A DNA stretch of 64,000 nt from Candidatus Entotheonellaceae bacterium. Lineage in GTDB: Bacteria > Tectomicrobia > Entotheonellia > Entotheonellales > Entotheonellaceae. Shown piece after piece: positions 1 through 10,206 of the stretch (position 1 is the stretch's first letter; every line of letters begins with the position of its first letter). The stretch spans positions 1,984,001-2,048,000 of the forward strand of contig OZ250173.1 in the NCBI GenBank assembly GCA_965238075.1, in the 5' to 3' direction. Under the pieces are notes generated by a model that saw nothing but the letters and a program-made list of their open reading frames with translations, had not been told where the DNA came from and ran no database searches. A program made the position numbers and the translations under genes.

Positions 1-1034
1 AAGTGCGTTGTGCCGGGTCGCACCTTCACCGAGGTCCTGACGGTGGCTGTGAGCTCGCGGGGGATAGCGGGTTGGCCCAACAGCGTTCGGATGGCGGGCC
101 GTACGAAGGTTTCAAAACCGACAAAGGAACCCCAAGGCGAGCCGGGAAGGCCCATAATCAGTGTCTGCCGGTGGCGCGCAACGGTGACGCCGCGGCCCGG
201 ATTGGCGGCGACGCCGCGAAACAGGATGTCGGCCCCCGCTGCAGTCATGGCGTGCGCGGCAAAATCGTGCTGGCCGCGCCCCGAGGCGCCGAGAATGACG
301 ATGATGTCGTTATCCAGTCCGCGCCGTAACGCCTCCGTCAGACTGTCGAGGGCGTCTGGCACGATACCGAGATTGACGCTGGCGCAACCCAGCTCCTGAG
401 CTCGCAGTTCCAGGGCGTATAGGTTACTGCACCACTTCTTGGCCGGTTGCAACGCCGCTCCGGGCGGCAACAGCTCGTCGCCGGGTGCCACCAGGGCCAA
501 GCGCGGGCGCCGCGCGACATCGGCGCTGGCGAGACCGAGGGCTAACGCCGTACCGATTCGCTGCGGCGTCAGGCGCTCTCCGCGAGGTAGCACAACCGTG
601 CGGCGCCGAATCTCGTCGCCACGCCGCTGGACGTTCACCCACCTGCCAAGAGGCTGCCGGACGAACAAATCGCCACCCTCGACCTCACTCTCTTCCATTT
701 TCAAGACGGCGTCGGCGCCGGGCGGTATCGGCGCCCCGGTCATGATGGGCACCGCCTGGCGCGGCTTCAGCGGCTGCTCCAAATACTCTCCCGCAGTGAG
801 CGTTGCGCCCAGCGTCAGGCGCACGGGCCGCGCGGGGGTGGCCGCGCGGGCATCGCGGCTCCGCAGCGCGTAGCCATCCATCAGGGATTGATCAAACGGC
901 GGCATGTCGTGCGCCGCGGTCAGGGCGTGGCTTAACACGCGCTGATGGGTCGCCGTCAACGCCAATCGCTCTTCCTGCAGCGGTTGCGGCAGGTTGCGGA
1001 TAATAGTCTGCACGGCCTGCGTATAGCTGATCAT
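1..1034 (-). CDS. moeA: Molybdopterin molybdotransferase MoeA (gephyrin-like), partial; 3' end runs off the window
   Basis: Not in the ORF track. Manual minus-strand translation from ATG 1034: MISYTQAVQTII...HDMPPFDQSLMDGYALRS...AVPIMTGAPIPPGADAVLKME, the MoeA N-terminal motifs (PPFxxSxMDGYA, IMTGAPxPxGADAV). Confidence 0.93.
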   Translation of the reverse strand, partial: MISYTQAVQTIIRNLPQPLQEERLALTATHQRVLSHALTAAHDMPPFDQSLMDGYALRSRDARAATPARPVRLTLGATLTAGEYLEQPLKPRQAVPIMTGAPIPPGADAVLKMEESEVEGGDLFVRQPLGRWVNVQRRGDEIRRRTVVLPRGERLTPQRIGTALALGLASADVARRPRLALVAPGDELLPPGAALQPAKKWCSNLYALELRAQELGCASVNLGIVPDALDSLTEALRRGLDNDIIVILGASGRGQHDFAAHAMTAAGADILFRGVAANPGRGVTVARHRQTLIMGLPGSPWGSFVGFETFVRPAIRTLLGQPAIPRELTATVRTSVKVRPGTTH

Positions 1035-1248
1035 GGATGCTCACCTGCGAGGGTCATTGCCCGGGTTGGAACAAGGGATCTCACTATATCCAAGCGCCGC
1101 CGAGCCGGGCAAGCCGTCCGGTCTGGAATCAAACCCCGCCAAACGTTATAGTGGTACGTTCTTTGCTCACCTAATCGTTAACGGGAAAGACACGTGCCGC
1201 AGGGGCGTTGAGATATAACGCCGATGTTGGATGAAGGAGACGGCAGAT

Positions 1249-2130
1249 ATGGCCGAGACACAGTTTACCTTGAAGACGGGCTTGGCGGAGATGCTCAAAG
1301 GGGGCGTCATCATGGACGTCACCACTGCCGACCAGGCCAAGATTGCTGAAGATGCGGGTGCGGTAGCCGTCATGGCGTTGGAGCGCGTGCCGGCCGATAT
1401 CCGGGCACAGGGCGGTATCGCGCGCATGGCCGATCCGACGAAAATCCGCGAGATCATGGCGGTGGTGTCGATTCCCGTGATGGCCAAGGTGCGCATCGGG
1501 CACTTTGTGGAAGCCCAGATTCTGCAGGCGTTGGGCGTCGACTATGTCGACGAGAGCGAAGTGCTGACGCCGGCGGATGAAGCCCATCACATTGACAAAT
1601 TCGCGTTTCGCGTGCCCTTCGTCTGCGGGGCGCGCAATCTGGGTGAGGCGCTGCGCCGCATCGCCGAGGGCGCGGCCATGATCCGAACCAAGGGGGAGGC
1701 GGGCTCCGGCAACGTCGTCGAGGCCGTGCGCCACATGCGCGCCGTGCAGGGCGTCATGCGCAAACTGACGATCCTGGGCGATGAGGAACTGATGGCGGCC
1801 GCCAAGGAGCTCGAGGCCCCCTACGAGCTCGTCAAGATGGTGGCGCAGACCGGCAAGCTGCCGGTGCCGAACTTTGCCGCCGGTGGGGTGGCGACGCCCG
1901 CCGACGCCTCGCTCATGATGCAACTCGGCGCCGAGTCGGTCTTCGTGGGCTCGGGTATCTTCAAGTCCGGCGACCCGCCGCGCCGCGCCGACGCCATCGT
2001 GCAGGCGACCACGCACTACCTCGACGCTGACCTGCTGGCGCGCGTGTCCGAAGACCTCGGCGAGGCCATGGTGGGGATCGACATCAGCCGCTTGGACGAC
2101 AGCGAGTTGTTGCAGACGCGGGGCTGGTGA
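1249..2130 (+). CDS. pdxS: Pyridoxal 5'-phosphate synthase lyase subunit
   Basis: [28 protein letters not shown] and [12 protein letters not shown] motifs. AAGGAG RBS favours ATG 1249 over 1231. Confidence 0.97.
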   Translation: MAETQFTLKTGLAEMLKGGVIMDVTTADQAKIAEDAGAVAVMALERVPADIRAQGGIARMADPTKIREIMAVVSIPVMAKVRIGHFVEAQILQALGVDYVDESEVLTPADEAHHIDKFAFRVPFVCGARNLGEALRRIAEGAAMIRTKGEAGSGNVVEAVRHMRAVQGVMRKLTILGDEELMAAAKELEAPYELVKMVAQTGKLPVPNFAAGGVATPADASLMMQLGAESVFVGSGIFKSGDPPRRADAIVQATTHYLDADLLARVSEDLGEAMVGIDISRLDDSELLQTRGW

Positions 2131-2714
2131 TCGACATGGCGTGTGTCGGCCTTCTGGCCCTGCAAGGCGATTTCGCCGCACACGAAAAGATTCTTGCGGA
2201 ACTGGGGGTCGAGTCGAAACTCGTCAAGAAGCCCGCCGACCTCGCCGGCGTGCAAGGGCTCATCATTCCGGGCGGGGAAAGCACGACGCTGCTGAAACTC
2301 ATGACTCCGGTGGCGATGCGCCCTGCTCTTGAGCAATTCCATGCCCAAGGCCGACCCATCTTCGGAACCTGCGCGGGCCTCATCCTGCTGGCGCAGGAGA
2401 CCCTGCCGCCTCAAGAGAGTCTGGGATTCATTGATATTGTGGCGAGACGGAACGCCTACGGCAGGCAGATTGACAGCTTTGTGGCGCTGGGAACGCCGCT
2501 GGCGGACGACCTGAGCGCCGAACCCCTGGAGATGGTGTTCATTCGCGCTCCGAAGGTCGCCCGAGTCAGTCCCGGGGTGACGCCCTTGGCCGAGTGCCAA
2601 GGCGAGGTCGTCTTGGCTCGACAGGGTAGTGTCCTCGTATCGTCCTTCCACCCCGAGCTCACGCAAGACCGCCGCGTGCATCAATACTTCTTGCAGATGC
2701 TCGCGGCGGGATAA
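2127..2714 (+). CDS. pdxT: PLP synthase glutaminase subunit
   Basis: [32 protein letters not shown] and FHPE motifs; overlaps the pdxS stop. Confidence 0.96.
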   Translation: MIDMACVGLLALQGDFAAHEKILAELGVESKLVKKPADLAGVQGLIIPGGESTTLLKLMTPVAMRPALEQFHAQGRPIFGTCAGLILLAQETLPPQESLGFIDIVARRNAYGRQIDSFVALGTPLADDLSAEPLEMVFIRAPKVARVSPGVTPLAECQGEVVLARQGSVLVSSFHPELTQDRRVHQYFLQMLAAG

Positions 2715-2761
2715 AAGCGTAGCCGCCGACCTCGAAAGATGCCGGCGGGCCCACAGTGGAT

Positions 2762-4420
2762 TTAGTACATGCCACCCATGCCGCCCATGCCACCCATGCC
2801 GTCCATACCACCACCCGGCAGGGCGGGCGCTTTTTCTTTCTCGGGCAACTCGGTGATCAAGGCTTCCGTGGTCATCAACAGACCGGAAATACTGGCCGCA
2901 TTCTGCAAGGCCGTACGGGTCACTTTGGTCGGGTCGATGATGCCCTTGTCCAGCATGTCGCCATACGTATCGTTGCCGGCGTCGTAACCCTCGTTGTCCT
3001 TGAGGTCGCGGACCTTCTGCACGACAATCGAGCCTTCGGCGCCGGCGTTGGCAGCGATGTGCCGCAGCGGCTCTTCCAGGGCTCGCCGCACGATGCGGGC
3101 ACCCAGCCGTAGATCGCCTTCGAGCCCATCGGCAAGCGAATCGAGGGCCGGGATGGCGCGCAAGTAAACGACACCGCCGCCGGGCACAACGCCTTCCTCG
3201 ACCGCCGCGCGGGTGGCGTTCAGGGCGTCCTCGACGCGGGCCTTCTTCTCTTTCATTTCCGCTTCGGTAGCGGCGCCGACATTAATCACCGCCACGCCGC
3301 CGACCAGCTTCGCCAAGCGCTCCTGCAGTTTCTCGCGGTCGTAATCGGACGTGGTTTCCTCGATCTGGGTGCGAATCTGATTCACCCGACCCTCGATTTC
3401 GGAACCCGCACCGGAACCCTCGATGATAGTCGTGTTTTCCTTGTCAATAGTGATGCGCTTCGCCTGGCCGAGATCATTCAGGGTGATATTTTCCAGCTTG
3501 ATGCCCAGGTCTTCGGAAATCACGTTGCCGCCGGTGAGGACGGCGATGTCCTTGAGCATTTCCTTGCGCCGGTCGCCAAAGCCGGGGGCCTTGACCGCCG
3601 CGCCCTGCAGCGTACCGCGCAGCCGGTTCACCACCAGGGTGGCGAGGGCCTCGCCCTCAACGTCCTCGGCGATGACCAGGAAAGGACGGCTCATCTTGGC
3701 GATCTGCTCCAGGATGGGCAGGAGCTCGCGCATGTTGCTGATCTTCTTTTCGTGCAACAGGATATACGCGTTTTCGAGGTTCGTTTCCATGCGCTCGGCA
3801 TCGGTCACGAAATAGGGGGAGAGATAGCCGCGGTCAAACTGCATGCCCTCGACGATGTCCAGCGAGGTTTCCATGCTCTTGGCTTCTTCGACCGTGATGA
3901 CGCCGTCCTTGCCGACCTTCTCCATGGCCTCGGCAATCAGGTCGCCGATGGTCGGGTCGTTATTGGCCGAGATGGTGCCGATCTGCGCGATTTCTTTTTT
4001 GTCCTTGGTGGGGCGGCTGAGCTTCTTGATCTCTTCCACGACGGTCTCAACGCCGCGTTCGATGCCACGTTTCAGCTCCATCGGACTGGCGCCCGCGGTG
4101 ACGTTTTTGACGCCTTCGCGGAAGATCGCCTGAGCCAGTACCGTCGCGGTCGTGGTGCCATCGCCAGCCACGTCGCTGGTCTTGCTGGCCACCTCGCGCA
4201 GCATCTGTGCGCCCATGTTTTCAAAGGGATCTTGCAGCTCAATTTCCTTGGCAACCGTAACACCGTCCTTAGTGGACATCGGGGAACCGAATTTTTTGTC
4301 GATGACGACGTTGCGGCCTTTCGGCCCCAGCGTCGCCCTTACCGCTTCAGCCAACTGATCGACACCGCGCAGCACGGCGCTGCGCGCATCAGAACTGTAC
4401 AGAATCTGCTTGGCAGGCAT
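2762..4420 (-). CDS. groL: Chaperonin GroEL
   Basis: [25 protein letters not shown]-repeat tail; 552 aa. Confidence 0.99.
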   Translation of the reverse strand: MPAKQILYSSDARSAVLRGVDQLAEAVRATLGPKGRNVVIDKKFGSPMSTKDGVTVAKEIELQDPFENMGAQMLREVASKTSDVAGDGTTTATVLAQAIFREGVKNVTAGASPMELKRGIERGVETVVEEIKKLSRPTKDKKEIAQIGTISANNDPTIGDLIAEAMEKVGKDGVITVEEAKSMETSLDIVEGMQFDRGYLSPYFVTDAERMETNLENAYILLHEKKISNMRELLPILEQIAKMSRPFLVIAEDVEGEALATLVVNRLRGTLQGAAVKAPGFGDRRKEMLKDIAVLTGGNVISEDLGIKLENITLNDLGQAKRITIDKENTTIIEGSGAGSEIEGRVNQIRTQIEETTSDYDREKLQERLAKLVGGVAVINVGAATEAEMKEKKARVEDALNATRAAVEEGVVPGGGVVYLRAIPALDSLADGLEGDLRLGARIVRRALEEPLRHIAANAGAEGSIVVQKVRDLKDNEGYDAGNDTYGDMLDKGIIDPTKVTRTALQNAASISGLLMTTEALITELPEKEKAPALPGGGMDGMGGMGGMGGMY

Positions 4421-4451
4421 AGAATCGAACCTCCTTGTTGGGTATCAGCAC

Positions 4452-4739
4452 CTATTCCAAAACGCCTAAGACATCGTCTTCACGAATGATCAAATACTCT
4501 TCACCGTCGAGTTTCACTTCCGTGCCGGCGTACTTGCCGAAGATGACCTTGTCACCCTCTTTGACATCCATGTCCTGCACCTTGCCATCGTCGGAGACGC
4601 GACCGGGACCCGCGGCCAGAACCTTGGCCTGCTGCGGTTTCTCCTTCGCGGTGTCCGGGATGATAATGCCGCCCTGGACCTCTTCTTCTTCGTCCAACCG
4701 CTGAACCAAAATGCGGTCGTGCAAGGGACGTAAGCTCAT
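4452..4739 (-). CDS. groS: Co-chaperonin GroES
   Basis: LRPLHDRILV, GGIIIPDTAKEKP; directly upstream of groEL. Confidence 0.99.
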   Translation of the reverse strand: MSLRPLHDRILVQRLDEEEEVQGGIIIPDTAKEKPQQAKVLAAGPGRVSDDGKVQDMDVKEGDKVIFGKYAGTEVKLDGEEYLIIREDDVLGVLE

Positions 4740-4807
4740 AGCCCTCTCCTTCCGTCTGATTGTCGTGATTACGTACGTGTCGCGCCTAGGCTAGGCGCTC
4801 CAGTGTA

Positions 4808-4834
4808 TTAGCACTCACATGTATTGAGTGCTAA
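4808..4834. promoter_or_regulatory. CIRCE element (HrcA operator)
   Basis: Exact TTAGCACTC-N9-GAGTGCTAA upstream of groES. A minus-strand TTGCAA-N17-TAGCTT promoter candidate lies just upstream of it. Confidence 0.97.
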
Positions 4835-4936
4835 TAAGCTATTAAATTCCTTTTGAGTTTGCAAGAGGGCGAGCATTTTTTGTGGTTCGACCCCATCCGG
4901 CTCGTGCTATGGTTGGGTGGTAAACCGTATCCGCGC

Positions 4937-5533
4937 ATGGCTGAGAACGCAGAACGTGTCATGAACCAGTTGGAAGGCAAGAAGACGGTTCTCGCGGTCA
5001 GCGGAGGCATCGCTGCCTTCAAGGCATTGGGGGTGTTGCGCCTGTTGAAGCAGCAGGGGGCTGACGTGTACGTCGTCATGACCGATCACGCCGCCGAGTT
5101 CATGAAGCCGGCCGGCTTCGCCATGCACTCCGGCCATCCGGTCAGCCTGGACCAGTTTGCGCCGGCGCACGGCTGGCAGATGGAGCATCTGGCCCTCGCG
5201 CAGGGCACGGACTTGGCCCTGGTGGCGCCGGCAACGGCCAACGCCATCGCCAAGCTCGCCACCGGCATCGCGGACGATTTGTTCAGCACGCTGTTCGTGG
5301 CCCTGGCGCAACGGGTTCCCACCTTCCTGGCGCCGGCGATGAATCCCCTTATGTACGGCAATGCCGTCGTGCAGGCGCACCTCGACACCCTGCGCCGGCG
5401 GGGCGTTCAGATCATCGCGCCGCGATATGGTCAACTGGCGAGTACAAAGGAAGGGGAGGGGGTCGGAAGGCTGGCAGAGCCCGAGGAGATCGTCGCCGAG
5501 ATGCTGGCTTATTTGCAGCGAGTCGATGCCTGA
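4937..5533 (+). CDS. Stand-alone HFCD-family flavoprotein (phosphopantothenoylcysteine decarboxylase, CoaC-like; no CoaB domain)
   Basis: SGGIAAFK, MEHLAL, APATANAIAKLATGIADDL, APAMN and GRLAEPEEI motifs; ends after about 200 aa. Confidence 0.85.
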   Translation: MAENAERVMNQLEGKKTVLAVSGGIAAFKALGVLRLLKQQGADVYVVMTDHAAEFMKPAGFAMHSGHPVSLDQFAPAHGWQMEHLALAQGTDLALVAPATANAIAKLATGIADDLFSTLFVALAQRVPTFLAPAMNPLMYGNAVVQAHLDTLRRRGVQIIAPRYGQLASTKEGEGVGRLAEPEEIVAEMLAYLQRVDA

Positions 5534-5555
5534 ACGGCGGTGGCGGCCTTGAGGG

Positions 5556-5834
5556 TTAAACTTCCTCGTCCAGCAACACTTCAACGTCGGCGCCTGAAAT
5601 CATCGTAATGGTGTCCCAGGGGCACTCTTTGGCGCAAATGGTACATCCCGTGCACACGTCCCAATCGACGATGACGACCTCGTGGGTGCCGTCGCCGGCG
5701 TAGGAGGGATCGGCAATTTTATCAATGCAATCGACCGGACAAAAATCAACGCACCACTCACAACCGGTGCAGCCATCGACATCAATCCAGGCTTTGGGCC
5801 GCGGTTTGCGCGCCCGCCTCGCTCGCTCCGCCAC
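5556..5834 (-). CDS. 2x[4Fe-4S] ferredoxin
   Basis: Two CxxCxxCxxxCP motifs (CTGCEWCVDFCP, CTGCTICAKECP). GTG 5834 follows a GGAGA RBS; the longer ORF-track start overlaps dtd. Confidence 0.88.
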   Translation of the reverse strand: MAERARRARKPRPKAWIDVDGCTGCEWCVDFCPVDCIDKIADPSYAGDGTHEVVIVDWDVCTGCTICAKECPWDTITMISGADVEVLLDEEV

Positions 5835-5972
5835 TACGTTTCTCCATGTATTGGGTCGGCTCTTGACGTTTACTGCTGAATCAAGCCATTCTAGCGGCCT
5901 CGCCGGGCCATTGCAACAGGCGCGGGAGGCGTTGGCAGCACGAGCGCGGCGCCCGCCGGAGCGGAGGGCGGC

Positions 5973-6425
5973 GTGATGCGGGCTGTGGTGCAACGGGTCT
6001 CGAAGGCCCGGGTCGACGTGGATGGCGAAACGGTGGGTGCCGTCGAGCAGGGCCTGCTGGTGCTCCTGGGCGTGCAAACGCCGGATACGGAACGGGACGC
6101 CGATTATCTGGCGGCGAAGGTCGTCACGCTGCGGATATTCAACGACGCGCAGGGCAAGATGAACCGCGACGTGCAGGACGTTCAGGGCGGCGTGCTGATC
6201 GTGTCGCAGTTCACCTTGTACGGCGACGCTCGCAAAGGCCGTCGCCCGTCGTTCGTTCAGGCGGCGCCCCCGGAACAGGCCGAGCATCTCTACGAATACT
6301 TCCTCGAAGCCACTGCCCGGCACGGCGTGCCCGTCGCGCACGGCGTTTTCGGCACGCACATGCAGGTGCACTTGGTCAACGACGGGCCGGTGACGCTACT
6401 CCTCGACAGCCCTGGTAGCGGCTGA
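5973..6425 (+). CDS. dtd: D-aminoacyl-tRNA deacylase
   Basis: [23 protein letters not shown] and NDGPVT motifs. Confidence 0.97.
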   Translation: MMRAVVQRVSKARVDVDGETVGAVEQGLLVLLGVQTPDTERDADYLAAKVVTLRIFNDAQGKMNRDVQDVQGGVLIVSQFTLYGDARKGRRPSFVQAAPPEQAEHLYEYFLEATARHGVPVAHGVFGTHMQVHLVNDGPVTLLLDSPGSG

Positions 6426-6429
6426 GCCA

Positions 6430-8250
6430 ATGGCAGAACGCATCGCACAAGGAAACGGGAGGGACCCCATGGACGCCAGTAGCATCCCACAGGTGTTTTT
6501 CGACCGTGCCGCCCAGCGCGGCGGTAAAACGGCCCACATGGTTAAGCGGGACGGGGCCTGGCAGGAGATTTCCTGGCAGGCGTTGCGGGACATCGTGCGC
6601 CACGTCGCCAGGGGCCTACTGACGCTCGACCTGCAGGCGGGCGACCGCGTCGCCATCCTGTCTGACAGCCGAGCGGAATGGGTGCAGTGCGACCTTGGCA
6701 TCATGGCCGCGGCGGGCATTACGGTGCCGATCTACGCCTCCTCAACGCCCGATCAGGCGGCCTATATTCTGCAAAACTCCGGTGCGACCGCGATGTTCGT
6801 CGACACGTCCGCGCAACTCGACAAGATAATAGCCGTGCGCGATCAGGTTCCGACCCTGAAAAACATCGTCATGACAACGGATGGCCCGTCGGGCGCCGAC
6901 GATTCCATCCTGACGCTTGCCGACCTGATTCAAAGAGGCCGTGACGCCGCCGACCAGGAAGCCGTTCTCGAGCAGCGCCTGCAAGGCCTGACGCCGGAGC
7001 ACGAGGCCACCTACGTATACACCTCGGGTACCACGGGGCCGCCCAAGGGGGTCGTGCAAACCCACGGCAACCACCTGTTCATGATGGAAAGTTGCGGCGC
7101 GATCACCGACCTGGGCGAGGGCGAGGTCAATCTGCTTTTCCTTCCCTTGGCGCATTCGTTCGCGCGCCTCGAATCCTTCCTCGGTTTCTACAAGGGCTGG
7201 ACCACCGCCTTCGCGGAAAGCATCGACGCGCTGTCGCAGAACATGCGTGAAGTCCGGCCCATGCTGGTGATGAGCGTGCCGCGGGTCTACGAAAAGGTCT
7301 ACGCCAGCGTGCAGGCCGGCGCTGCCGGGTCGGCCGTCAAGCGAGCCATTTTCAACTGGTGCGTGGGCGTCGGGCGGCAGGCCAGCCGTCTGCAGCAACA
7401 GGGCCAGCCGCTGCCGCTGGGCCTCAGCCTGAAAAGACACCTGGCGCACCGGCTGGTGTTCGGGAAACTCCACGAAGCGCTCGGGGGACGGTTGCGGTAC
7501 TTTGTGTCCGGCGGGGCGCCGCTGGCGCGGGAGATCGCCGAGTTCTTTCACGCCGCCGGCCTGCTCATCCTGGAAGGCTACGGGCTCACGGAGACCTGCC
7601 CGGCACTGACCGCCAATCGACACGACAACTACAAATTCGGCACCGTCGGCCTGCCGGTGCCGGGGGTGGAACTGCGCCTCAGCGACGACGGCGAGATCCT
7701 GGCGCGCGGACCGAACATTGCCAAGGGCTACTACCAACGGCCGGAAGCAACGGCGGAGGTGTTTCTTGATGATGGCTGGTTTGCTACCGGGGACATCGGC
7801 GAGATCGATGCGGAGGGGTTTCTGCGCATCACCGATCGCAAGAAGGACCTCCTGGTTACGGCTGGCGGCAAGAACGTGGCGCCGCAAAACATCGAGAATC
7901 TGCTCAAGGGCGATCCGCTCATCAGCCAGGCGATGGTCTATGGTGACCGCCGCCCCTTTCTGACCGCCGTGCTCACCCTCGACCCGGAGGCCGCGACGGC
8001 CTATGCCCGGGAGTTGGGCATCAGCGGCGACACGGTTGCCGAGTTGGCCGAAAACCCGCAAATCCGCACCCTGCTGGAGGGCCGTGTGGAACGGGTCAAC
8101 CGGCGCTTGGCGCCGTATGAGTCGATCAAGAAGTTTGTGATTGCGCGGGAGGATTTTACCGAGGCAAGCAACGAATTGACGCCGACGCTGAAGGTCAAAC
8201 GGCAGGTGGTGGCGCAGAAATACCAGGCTGAGCTCGATCAGCTCTACTGA
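6430..8250 (+). CDS. Long-chain fatty acid-CoA ligase (AMP-binding)
   Basis: YTSGTTGPPKG, EGYGLTET, GWFATGDIG and ELTPTLKVKR motifs. Confidence 0.92.
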   Translation: MAERIAQGNGRDPMDASSIPQVFFDRAAQRGGKTAHMVKRDGAWQEISWQALRDIVRHVARGLLTLDLQAGDRVAILSDSRAEWVQCDLGIMAAAGITVPIYASSTPDQAAYILQNSGATAMFVDTSAQLDKIIAVRDQVPTLKNIVMTTDGPSGADDSILTLADLIQRGRDAADQEAVLEQRLQGLTPEHEATYVYTSGTTGPPKGVVQTHGNHLFMMESCGAITDLGEGEVNLLFLPLAHSFARLESFLGFYKGWTTAFAESIDALSQNMREVRPMLVMSVPRVYEKVYASVQAGAAGSAVKRAIFNWCVGVGRQASRLQQQGQPLPLGLSLKRHLAHRLVFGKLHEALGGRLRYFVSGGAPLAREIAEFFHAAGLLILEGYGLTETCPALTANRHDNYKFGTVGLPVPGVELRLSDDGEILARGPNIAKGYYQRPEATAEVFLDDGWFATGDIGEIDAEGFLRITDRKKDLLVTAGGKNVAPQNIENLLKGDPLISQAMVYGDRRPFLTAVLTLDPEAATAYARELGISGDTVAELAENPQIRTLLEGRVERVNRRLAPYESIKKFVIAREDFTEASNELTPTLKVKRQVVAQKYQAELDQLY

Positions 8251-8274
8251 TTTCGGGGAGGTGTACGGAAAAAT

Positions 8275-8544
8275 CTAATGCTTGTCCAGTTCCAGCTCGT
8301 AGAGCTTCTGATACATCACGTCCCATTCCCGGCTGCCTTCCATGATCCTGCGCGTATAGGATGCCAGAGTCTGCCGGACGGCGAAGTCGACTTCCTCTTC
8401 GAGCCGGAGCGCTTCCTGTATGGCACCCACGATCTGCAGCCGCACGGTGTTGGAGGGCATGCGGAGCGTCACCTCCGGCATTTCCTCCAACCTCCGCACG
8501 ACAAGCTGCGAAAGATGATTGACTTTTTCCCTTGAGAGGCTCAT
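8275..8544 (-). CDS. DUF507-family protein
   Basis: MSLSREKVNHLS...EGSREWDVMYQKLYE resembles DUF507; tandem with a paralog. Confidence 0.7.
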   Translation of the reverse strand: MSLSREKVNHLSQLVVRRLEEMPEVTLRMPSNTVRLQIVGAIQEALRLEEEVDFAVRQTLASYTRRIMEGSREWDVMYQKLYELELDKH

Positions 8545-8575
8545 CGGTCTTCTTCCCCCGCTTTGAGCGGCCCGC

Positions 8576-8857
8576 CTACAAAATCAGCCCGCGGTCCCGC
8601 ACAAGTTGGCGTTTGACCATGGAAAACATGCGCGAGTAGTCGATGTTGCCGCGGTCCATCTCGTTGATGTGGTCCTCCAGGATGTCTCTTACCTCGTCGT
8701 TGAGGCGATCCTCAACCATAAGGTCGTTGACAATCAGCCGGCTCACTGCCTCGGTTACGGCACGCGGGTCCACCTCGAGCTCCAGCATGTCTTTCCGGGT
8801 CAACACGTCCGTGATGATCTTGGCGACGTGGTCGATCATTTTCCTGCCCAGTCGCAT
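8576..8857 (-). CDS. DUF507-family protein
   Basis: MRLGRKMIDH...EDRLNDEVRDIL...DYSRMFSMVKRQLVRDRGLIL; GGAGG RBS before ATG 8857. Confidence 0.75.
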   Translation of the reverse strand: MRLGRKMIDHVAKIITDVLTRKDMLELEVDPRAVTEAVSRLIVNDLMVEDRLNDEVRDILEDHINEMDRGNIDYSRMFSMVKRQLVRDRGLIL

Positions 8858-8949
8858 ACCCGGCCTCCTTCGCATATCCAGCAGATTCCAGGGAATGATA
8901 TGTTGCGGACAACGCAAGTTCAAGCGCGCACGCGGCGCCCCGCGGCTGC

Positions 8950-8978
8950 TTGCAAACCCTTTATGGATTGCCTACTAT
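8950..8978 (+). promoter_or_regulatory. Candidate sigma70 promoter
   Basis: TTGCAA-N17-TACTAT upstream of the 9086 ORF. Confidence 0.55.
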
Positions 8979-9085
8979 GCGGCCCAGTTCCGATTGGCGG
9001 CGTTTACGACGGGAGAGCACATGCTGGAGGTAAGCGATAAATCCGCCCTGAGACCACGGGCCCTGCCGCGGCGAGGTCATTGACG

Positions 9086-9427
9086 ATGACAATCGACGAT
9101 ACGGTCAACAGAATGGTCATGGTGATGATTTTTCGTCACGAGGGGCTGGAGGCGGCAGGCATCAAGGAGCGTAAGTTCTATGCCAAAGTGGTGGGGCGCG
9201 ACTCCATCGGTCTGTGGATCGAAAACCCCAAGCTGGAGACCACGCGCGTGCGCTACGACAACGGCCTTCTCATCCCGCCGGACCAACGCCAGCACGAGGA
9301 GCACCTCGCCTACGTGCTGATTCCCTGGGGCAACATCCGCTCCGTCGCCCACTTCCCGGCCCGCGAAGGCTTTGACAACACCGAGGACGAGGAAGCCAGC
9401 GCGCTGGGCAGCGGCATGTACCTGTAA
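9086..9427 (+). CDS. Hypothetical protein, possibly Sm/Hfq-like beta fold
   Basis: Good coding bias, GAGG RBS and its own promoter candidate. The fold is guessed from FYAKVVGRDSIGLWIE and VLIPWGNIRSV. Confidence 0.7.
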   Translation: MTIDDTVNRMVMVMIFRHEGLEAAGIKERKFYAKVVGRDSIGLWIENPKLETTRVRYDNGLLIPPDQRQHEEHLAYVLIPWGNIRSVAHFPAREGFDNTEDEEASALGSGMYL

Positions 9428-9448
9428 GTTCCGTCGCCGGCTGGCGTC

Positions 9449-9477
9449 CTGACAATGCCGGGGCGGTGTGCTACCAT
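9449..9477 (+). promoter_or_regulatory. Candidate sigma70 promoter (extended -10) for the putative selenoprotein
   Basis: CTGACA-N17-TACCAT with TG just upstream of the -10. Confidence 0.5.
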
Positions 9478-9540
9478 CGGCGCCTCTCATTCACACCATG
9501 CAAGGGCCGCACGGCCCGCAACGCAGCAAGGAGAACCTTC

Positions 9541-10206
9541 ATGAGCCAAGGCTACCACTTCACCATCTGGAGTTGTTACGTTTGACCATACGCCTGGCGA
9601 GCCGCGGAGTGGCTCGATCGCGTGAAAGACAAATTGGGCGAAAACCTGAAAATTACCTGGAAGTCGTTTCTGCTCGAGCAAGTCAACAGTCGCCGCGGAA
9701 TGGAATGGAAAGCCTGGGACGACCCCCGTTTCACCAGCCGCGACATCCCGCCGCATGAGGCCGTCAAGAGCATCCTGGCCGAGCAGGGCGAGGACGCTTT
9801 CAACCGTTTCCATATCGCCGTGTTCCGTGCGCACCACCAGCAGAAGCGGGACATTGCCAATCCCCTCGAACTGATGCAGTTGGCCCGCGAGGTCGATGTC
9901 GACCCCACCGTGTTGGCCGAGGACCTGCGCACCCGCAAGTACCGTGCTGCCGTCGGCGCCGACCATCAGGAATCGGACGAGCACGACATTTTCGGCGTGC
10001 CGACTATCCTCTTCGACGGTCACCAGCCCACCTTCATCAAACTCGATTCCGGGGCTTGGGAAGGACCGGACGACGTGGAGCTCTTCCACGCGCTGTACAA
10101 CATCGCCGCCCCGCGTCCGTACGTCATGGAAATCAAGAAACCCGCCTCGGCGACGGTCGCTGCCGCTTCGGAGGCGCGCCGCCGCGAGGACATGGGACGC
10201 GGCTAG
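9541..10206 (+). CDS. DsbA/FrnE-like thioredoxin-fold protein, probable selenoprotein (in-frame UGA 9583-9585)
   Basis: AAGGAG RBS then ATG 9541 gives MSQGYHFTIWSCYV*PYAWRAAEWLDRVK, in frame with the ORF-track ORF 9622-10206, which carries the IFGVPT cis-Pro motif. The UGA is at the redox Cys position. Confidence 0.8.
9588..9624 (+). promoter_or_regulatory. Candidate bacterial SECIS hairpin
   Basis: CGAGCCGC-GGA-GTGGCTCG upper stem (9598-9616) with a G-led loop starting 20 nt after the UGA; possible lower stem TACGC/GCGTG. Confidence 0.7.

Noticed and set aside
2765-2815. Short tandem repeat at the groEL end
   Set aside because: Ordinary GGM tail of GroEL.
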